DNA of 64,000 bases from Podarcis liolepis (taxonomy: Eukaryota), in the NCBI GenBank assembly GCA_965112155.1, contig OZ218101.1. One strand, given 5' to 3'. The position numbers and the translations under genes were made by a program. The number at the start of each line of letters is the position of its first letter. The first letter of the stretch is position 1. The notes under the pieces are model-generated. The model was not told where the DNA came from. It saw only the letters and a program-made list of their open reading frames with translations, and did no database searches. Positions 54,961 to 64,000 of this stretch are shown here, in pieces.

Positions 54961-56429
54961 CCCTGACCCAATGCCATGCCAACCCTGCTTACCTCACTGT
55001 GGTCAAGAAAAGTTCCAGCCTATTTTCACCCACTCCTGTGTCCTGGTCATTATTCACTCTCTACCTGGCCTAGGGAGGGCCATCACAATGTGCCTGGCAT
55101 GCAACTGTATCTTCACTGTTATTAAAATAAAAATTGAAAACTTGCTGGCTGCCTTAGGAGATGCAGATAGAGTGAACATGATAGGGAACAAGTCTACTCT
55201 GCAGCATTTATTCAAATTCAAATAAAGCAAAACCTGTGAGAAGGAGAACTATGCAAGACATTCAGGTGCCACATATTCACCCAATCAAGGCCCATACCAG
55301 AATTTGAAACTATGGGAGACCATGCAATTTTCCTAGCAATTGTTTCTCAGTCTGTATATATTATACAATTGCTGTATTTTAGCAACAAATTGTATTTGTA
55401 TATAATTTTGCTCCTGACATTTCAATCCTCCCTTTTTCACACACAGTGGAGTATCTTTGTTTTCATCTTACCATGAGTCTTTAGGACTCTTGCTGCTATT
55501 AAAAATCTATGTACACCCAGCTGTGTGCTAGCAGCTATGGTGAGGATATGCAATTGTGAAATCTGTGTTTTACTGTTTGAAAACTCCTGGCTGTAATATA
55601 AATGCTAGTAGACATGAGCCAGTCTTTCTGCTTGAAGGCTGAGAAGCATACCTAAACAGTTGCACATCAACTTCCTCTCAATCACAACCCATGGTGGGGA
55701 GAGCAAACCATCCTTGAGGGAGATGTGATGCTGCACTGCATAGACAAGGTTGCTGGGTTGCTGTGACAATCAGATTGAGTGTAATGTAGTAATCACTGTA
55801 TAGTTTCTGATCCAGAAACAGACACGCTCATCAGGCAAATTTGTTTTCACTTGTTTTATATCTTGTACAAAAATATACTAGACATAGTTTTTTAATGTTA
55901 ATTTTTGAGTGCATTCGGAAATATTTCTACTCAAAAGTAAATTCAGCTAAATTCAGTGGGACTCTCTCCCAGGTAAGTGTGCATAGGACTGCAGCCTCTG
56001 GATCTTTTTTTTTTAAAAAAAATGAAAACCACTGAAATCTGAATTACTATTTGTGATTTAATAAATTAAAACTACATGAAATTAGTGCTTCTTAATTGCA
56101 TGACTGAAATTTTACAAAATCTGAACTATAAAGTGTGTAACATGTCATGCCATTTTCTAGGAATGCCTGGGAAGGTTAAAAATTGAGAAGGTTATATTAC
56201 TCAGAAAATTGTACTCTACAAAATGGAACACCTTGTTGGAATTCACCTGTTCATGCAACATTGAGCTCATATTTACAATGTCAGCTACTCGTTTTGTTTC
56301 CATCTTGAATATTGCCTTAATAACAAAAATGACTCAGTTATTTAAATTAATAGTTAAGTGCATCTGAAGAATAAGATGGCAGTAACCATGAAAAGAACCA
56401 TCTGATTGAAATTGGCTTGTTTGCGTGGC

Positions 56430-57180
56430 AAGACCCCCCTCCCCCATGTGAAATGAAGACACTGGACACGTTATTTAAGGTTAATGGGCATAAAAAGGCC
56501 ACAACTTTATTGATTACAGAATTGAAAGGTATTGGCCTTAGGCATTGGCTCCTATCGACTACCCGGCATGGAGACCGGGAAGGGTTGTCCACAAGCCGTG
56601 GGAGTCCTGTTGAAGTACGCCAACTAGGATCCCACGGGTGCCACCGCTCGGGGGCGTGCCGGAGGCCCTTACCTCCCTAGGTTTCGGACAAGGCAACGCC
56701 CCCCGGAGTCCTCTACCGGACTACCCTTTCCTTGGGGGAAGGTGATGGCGCTTCCTTCCCCCCCCATTCATTTGCCTAACAATAAACCCCTGCCAATGCC
56801 TAACCGCCAATACCGCGGAAGTTGTGACGATTGCTACGAGGTAGGCGAAAAAACCAAAAGGCTGACAGTGCGCCAAATTGGAAAAATTCCTACCAGGCCC
56901 CTTGCGACGACCAACCGGAGTCCAAAGCAAGGTCATAGCTAGCTAACCTAAGGGTGGGTGGGATGGGAAAAACCGCTCAGCTGGCAAGGGGAAAGAGAGC
57001 GGTCCCCGGGCGTGCCTGGCCTTAAGTAGGCTACGCCACGCCTCCCCAGCCCGCCGATTGGCGGGCAGGGTCGCAGGCACGCCTGGGGATTCCCTGGGGC
57101 AAAAGGCCAGCCCCCGCATGGGATGTGGGAGGGATTTCTGCCCGCAACCCCCTCTCCTCCCAAGCTCGGAAAGGGCTTTG
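56430..57180 (-). mobile_element. LTR-like terminal-repeat remnant, probably from a tyrosine-recombinase (DIRS/Ngaro-type) retroelement
   Basis: CpG-rich ~750-bp block. The minus strand reads GC box and CTTAAG, ending near AATAAAGTTGTGGCC. There is an internal inverted copy of the terminus and no TG..CA ends. Family assignment is from memory. Confidence 0.55.
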
Positions 57181-58899
57181 TTAATGTGAACCTTTTGAAG
57201 AAGGTATAACTTGAACATACTTTGGATTCCATATGTTGGCAAATGGTGCTCAGGCAGCTTCTTGTCAGATAACAATCTTTATTTCATTAGTGCATCACTA
57301 CTTTGGACTGTTCATATCTTGATTTAGAAGCAGTGGCAACTGAGGAACCCCCTGCCTTGCAAACACTGAAACTAACTTGATAATTTCTGTTATGGAATGT
57401 TGAAGCCACCTTTGGCTGTCATAATGAATTGAGCATGGCACATTTCAGTCTACATTTGAATGATAATGGGGGAGCCTTATTCATGAAGTTTCAAAAGGTT
57501 GCTAACCAAGATTATTAAAATCTAGAAATCAAATAACATGTGGATTTTTTTTCTGCTAGCACCTTTGAAGTGATGCTATCAACCTGAACCACAGCAGGAC
57601 GGCCATAAACTGCCATTCTGTAATTATTGAAAATGACTTCTGAATGAGAAACAGTATTTATGCTTGCCTCAATTTTTCAGTGGTGTTTATCTATTTGCTA
57701 ATGCTGTGCCTTTCAGTCAAGATTATTGGGATTCAAGAGATGTTTTGCTGCTTATGGTAGACATTTTTCACTCCTGCTCTTAAAATTGAAGCTTTGCTAC
57801 TCTGTGTATTGTTTTGGATCCAGAATAATGTCTTCTATTTTAGTAGGTACTCCAGACATCTTTCTCCTTAGGCCAGATTTCCAGAATTGAGAGGGAGCTC
57901 TTATTTCTCCTTCAGTTTTTGAATCTATGTCCATTTTTAATGTTCATGTTGATGTATATCTATTCCATTTTTGTGTGTGTCTTTCCATCACATTACATCT
58001 CACTGTACTACCAAGCATATCTTGCCAGATTTTGCAGACCTCACATTTCAGTCTCTGTACCCCACAAAGGTGTCATGATTAGTATTTACAGTAAAGTCCC
58101 AGTTCCCTGTCACAATTTATTCATTTTTCTTCTTACAAAGGATTATCTACTATGCCCTCTATCCCTGAAACCCCAAAATGAAATATTTGTGCCCTGCTAT
58201 ACTGCTATAGGTTAAACACAATGTGATTGCTAGTGTAGATGCTAAGTCCTAAGTTGTGTTTAAATGCATTGGTTACAAGAAAAATCACAAAACAAGTCCA
58301 TTGTTTGGCAAACATAAAAATGTATCTGCTTACTTTTAATATTACAGTTAAAATAAAAGCAAATTAACTATCCTGGAAATTAGAGTTATTACATGCTATG
58401 ACAACTAGAAGTGGGTGGACACCCCCCCAAGCAAGTACTATAGCTAAACAAGGACATAGGGTTTAAAATGTGGTGTTAACTGAAAAAGTGTGTTTTAAGG
58501 AACACCCCTTGGTAAAAACATTGAAGAACATTGTTTATATGACTTCTGTGAAGCTAGGGACCAAAACATGTAACATTGGGAATATATCCAGAAAGAGATA
58601 TTTCAGCTCTGTCTGTGTGATGCAATTTATATTAAACTCTAGGAAAATGATTTGTCTATGTTGTAGCTTAGGAAATTTGCAATATGTAGGCACCTAGTAG
58701 TTGGGGAAATGGGTGGATTGAAACAATCTTTGTAATGTCACCAGTATATATTCCCTGGATGACATGGCATACTTTTATCCATGCAACTCACAAAGAGGTC
58801 AGCTATGCAAACATTGCATTTTCTGGTGCATAAACATTTAGATTTACTGTGATAATAAAAACATGAAAGTGATTCAGTGATAATCACATATGCATTTAA

Positions 58900-59058
<159 letters not shown>

Positions 59059-59441
59059 TGAATTGTCATCGTCGATCTTCCTGATAATTTGAAATTGCTC
59101 TCATAACAAAGTGAAACTACATCCTTTTTTGGGAACCGGGGGGGGGGGGGGAGGTGTGAAATTGCAAACTTCTGCTACCAGATTGCAAACTTGGCAATAT
59201 AAAGAGGAGATCCACAAACCAAGATCCATAAACCAGCTGTCACCCACCCATAGACATGGCAGTCTGTGTGTGATTCATATTGCCTTTACAGGAAAAGTTA
59301 CTGATGGTAGAAGAAATCTCACCCATTTTCAGTGACACTGTTTCCTGTCCTTGCAGTTTTGAGGGGGGGGGGCATACAGAAAATGGAGTTTCAGAGACTC
59401 AAAGGAGTATAGCAATATTTCCTTGGTACTGGATACTCAAA

Positions 59442-59561
59442 TTGTTCATGTTAGTTTTGAATAGATTTCTCATATAGTTTAGAATTCTGCCACTTCATTT
59501 TGTTCATGTTAGTTTTGAATAGATTTCTCATATAGTTTAGAATTCTGCCACTTCATTTTGT
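59442..59561. repeat. Perfect 58-bp tandem duplication
   Basis: ttgttcatgttagttttgaatagatttctcatatagtttagaattctgccacttcatt occurs twice in tandem. Confidence 0.95.
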
Positions 59562-59609
59562 ACAAATTATAGCAGCTATTGCAGGCCAAGGTGCTAGGCC
59601 TCTTCTGCC

Positions 59610-60511
<902 letters not shown>

Positions 60512-62587
60512 TAGCCAAGAGCCAGCACAGTCATTTGGCCTTAACAGTCAATACAAGGCTCATGCTATGAGCCTCAGCCTGCTTTGCAGATCAGCTTCTT
60601 CACCTCCTCTTTTCACCTTCTCTGATTCTTCTCCCAATCCCTTCTGTTCCACACATACACATGCCCACTTTTCTATTTGATTATGGTTTTTGGTCCTCTT
60701 GATTATTTTGTACAGAGTGTTTCTTTTTTGTACTTGTTCATAATTTTCATGCAAATACCATGTACGCAAAGGCCTCTCTCCTGGGTTTACATGGTGCTCT
60801 TCAGACTGCATTCGCATCAGTATTCACCCCTGAACTTCACTAACTGCCTCAGAACATGGAGGTTCATTTGCTGCTTCAATGACTAATAGTCATTGATAAA
60901 ATACTGTTTCAGTGTATTTGCGGCTTTTTAAAGACACCCGTGCTAGTACTGTGTCTGTGCTAATTAACTTCATAGCTAATTCTGCACTATGCAAATTATT
61001 AATGATAAATGCTGATTTATTTTAGTCCTGAACTTCCGCAGATGGTGAATCTTTTTGCTGTTATCTCTTCATTGTGTTTATTGTTTTATAAAGCTTTAGC
61101 TTCTCCTTTTCCCTCTTCTTCTGCCTGCTCCTCTCCCCTCTCTGGCTGTCAGATTCTTAACTTGCTGTTTATGAGCCTACCATAGATTTAAAACCATTGT
61201 TTAAGGTTTCACTGTGTAATATTAAAGTCTGACTTGTGTGGACAATTTTCTTGGCTGAAAATGTCATGCTACATAAATCCTGAATCTGTCTGAAAAGTGT
61301 TTGAGCCTTGGTTTAGCTCTATAAATTACCCTTTCAGACGTCTCTTCTTTCCTTGAATGATACTATTTTATCTATATAGCTGTTATTTAAGTAAAAGCTT
61401 TGTTTTTTCCATTTTCAGTGCACCACAATTTAAGCTTCAATTCTGAAATGGCAAAACTGAAAGCAAAATCACTTTTTAATTCACTTGACTTTTAAATGTG
61501 ACTCCTTTAAGTCTAGAGCACAGATAATTAGATTGAAGGAATACTACAATATCTGATAATCTGTCAGTTTTTACCTGGAACACACATAAAGAATTGTGGC
61601 AGCTGTTATTTACAGTTTTCACAACAATAAAGCTAATATGGTCCGTTAGCTTTATAAAAAGCTGGATGTCTTTTCTTATTTGCATAGAAAGTTTTGTATT
61701 AATTTTAAATCCAGATACAAATTTAAAAATAAAATTGTTGCCAGACTGAAAAGAAAATAAGTTTTGCGGTCATATTTATATAACCTAAAATGTACATTAC
61801 TCTCCCATCTTATTCCTGATTACTTTAAATCTTGGCTATCTCTTTGCCTTCCACTTGCATCTTAGAAGGTCAGCCCTGCTTCTCTCAAATTGTTGCCTGT
61901 TGTAGCCATGGCATCATCAGTTCTATAAACTTATGTTTCCACATGAGGCCTAGGGATAGGCTAATTGATATAAAGAATATCAGCAGTTCTTTTTGAAGAC
62001 ACCATGTTTGCTTAAATAATGGTTCTTGTGCATATAGACCTCACATGGACATAGAGGCTAATACTGTAACCATATGTATGCAGTCTCCACCATATTGTAT
62101 GTCTGTCCACAGAATCTCACATACAATTGTTCAGTCTTACAGACTGAATTAGGGCTTTCCGTGTTATAGATACTGTTGGTGATCAATTCTTCAGCCTTTT
62201 TAAACATGATATTCCGCAGTAATTTTTCCAGGACATTGGGTTACTCCTACTGCTATTTTGTATCTAATTTATTGCTGGAAAAGACTCAATCTTTTGCTTT
62301 CATTGGAGAGCTTACACAGTAAATCCTGCGGATGTATGCATATGGCAAGTTTTATTGAATGCTAAATCATTTTATGATTACCCTAATGTAAGTTATTATA
62401 ATGTGAAGAGTTAGATCAGGTTAACAATATTTTAGAAGAATTCAGATTGATGGGTCTATTTAGAGGGGGAAACTTTTTTTCTTGTATGCACATAGGAAAA
62501 TAATTCCAAACCATTAAGTTACAAGAAGCCTACTCATGATAAATTACTTTCGTATCACATGAAGAAAGTGTAAATACATTAATCTAA

Positions 62588-62740
<153 letters not shown>

Positions 62741-63939
62741 TGACCTCAGACACAAATTGTACATTTAATTGTGTTTTAATATACATTTACAGAAATTATT
62801 GAATATATTTATAGACGTTTTTAAAATGTAAATTGTCCTTATTATTCCAGATCATTCTACACAATGCAGGTTATGTGGTTAATGTTTGAAGATTCTTGTT
62901 GACGGTTCATTACCAGTGTCACAAATTGGCAGTTAAGAACAAATTGCCAACTTCTTCTCAATTTTATAAGACCATTCATGATACTATTGCAATTTGATTC
63001 CCAGAGTGAAGCAGCAGGGATGTAATTGAAACTCAACCCTAGCTTTTGAGGAATTTCCCCACACATATTTGAACAACATAATTTAAAATCTTATTATTTC
63101 AATGTCAGTGAAATACTCTTGTGAGAATATATGAGATGTTATAGAATTCATCTTGATAATACGTATTCTTCATATTTGTTTGAGTTCAGTGACACATATT
63201 CCAGGTAAGCTTGGATAAGCCTGAAGCCTAAGAGCCCTTGAAGGCAAGGATCATGTCGGCTGCTGGCTGGCCCTGAGTAGAAGGAGGATGCTTAGGTGGG
63301 CTGGCAGAAGCCTCCTAATAGAGATGAGAAAGCTGTAGTGGTGCAACGAGGGGAGAAAATAAGTTGAGGGTGAGATGAGGAGATCAAATCAGATCTACAG
63401 CTTCTGTTTACTTCTCTCCTCCTCTAGTTTGCACTTGACTGCATAAAGGCAGTCTGCATTCCCCTGTTTTAGAGACCCTTCTTCTTCCTTTTCTTTTTAA
63501 AAAGAATACACAGGTCTGCAAACATTAGGGCTCCCTTGAGTCCTGAATGGTAGCAAATAGATGGAGTGATTGCTATAAGGTTCTCTACTAATGGTACTAT
63601 ATTGCAGCTTGCATACAAAAAAAGTATCCTATAGCTTCAAAGTGAGCTATGATTAATTCCCCCTTTTCCTCATAGTTGATGAGAATATAAAGTTATTTTA
63701 AAAGTTTGAATGAAAATAAGAAACGTTATTCAAGCAAAGACAGAATATACAGTATAGTTTCTATGATTCTCCAAACATTTTTATTGAATTGTTTGCAGAG
63801 CTCGGTTAAGGAATAAAATCAGCTTTCTTTTAACATCACAGTCAGATTCCCATAGTCTATTCTATAGAAACATATTATAGGAAGGTTTGGTCTGAAAAGT
63901 CTGTGTTAAAGCGAGTAGCAGCATTGGAGGCATGTAATA

Positions 63940-64000
63940 CAGTGGTATCTCTGGTTATGTACTTAATTCGTTCCGGAGGTCCTTTCTTAACCTGAAACTG
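63940..64000. mobile_element. Tigger-type MITE left end (runs off the window)
   Basis: TA|CAGTGGTA...; uninterrupted homologue of the 28284 element. Confidence 0.88.

Noticed and set aside
55795-55840. Minus-strand CTGATGA...GAAAC, a possible hammerhead ribozyme
   Set aside because: The G-C pair closing stem II is absent and no convincing stems I/III are visible.
56480-57186. gttaatg direct repeat 700 bp apart, as a TSD
   Set aside because: Similarity with the 59610 copy extends left of the first gttaatg (shared ggacac), so it is probably not the element boundary.

Overview
This is vertebrate genomic DNA, almost certainly from a squamate and probably a lacertid lizard, judging by Sauria/Squam1, Squam3 and POM-like SINEs. 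The whole window lies inside one plus-strand gene, CNKSR2 (connector enhancer of KSR 2). Nine coding exons with canonical AG/GT sites and matching phases are readable, from the CRIC domain through the PDZ domain into the central region; exon numbering follows the human gene from memory. The expected PDZ C-terminal exon 9 is not visible, and a 196-N assembly gap sits in the right interval. The introns are full of transposon remnants: L2 LINE fragments, SINEs, hAT MITEs with 8-bp TSDs, nested Tigger/pogo MITEs with TA TSDs, and three probable DIRS/Ngaro-like terminal repeats. I saw no prokaryotic-type system (CRISPR, operon). The most unusual object is a 1.23-kb hAT element with perfect ends that appears to carry a captured host CpG-island promoter. 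Most ORFs in the supplied track are spurious.
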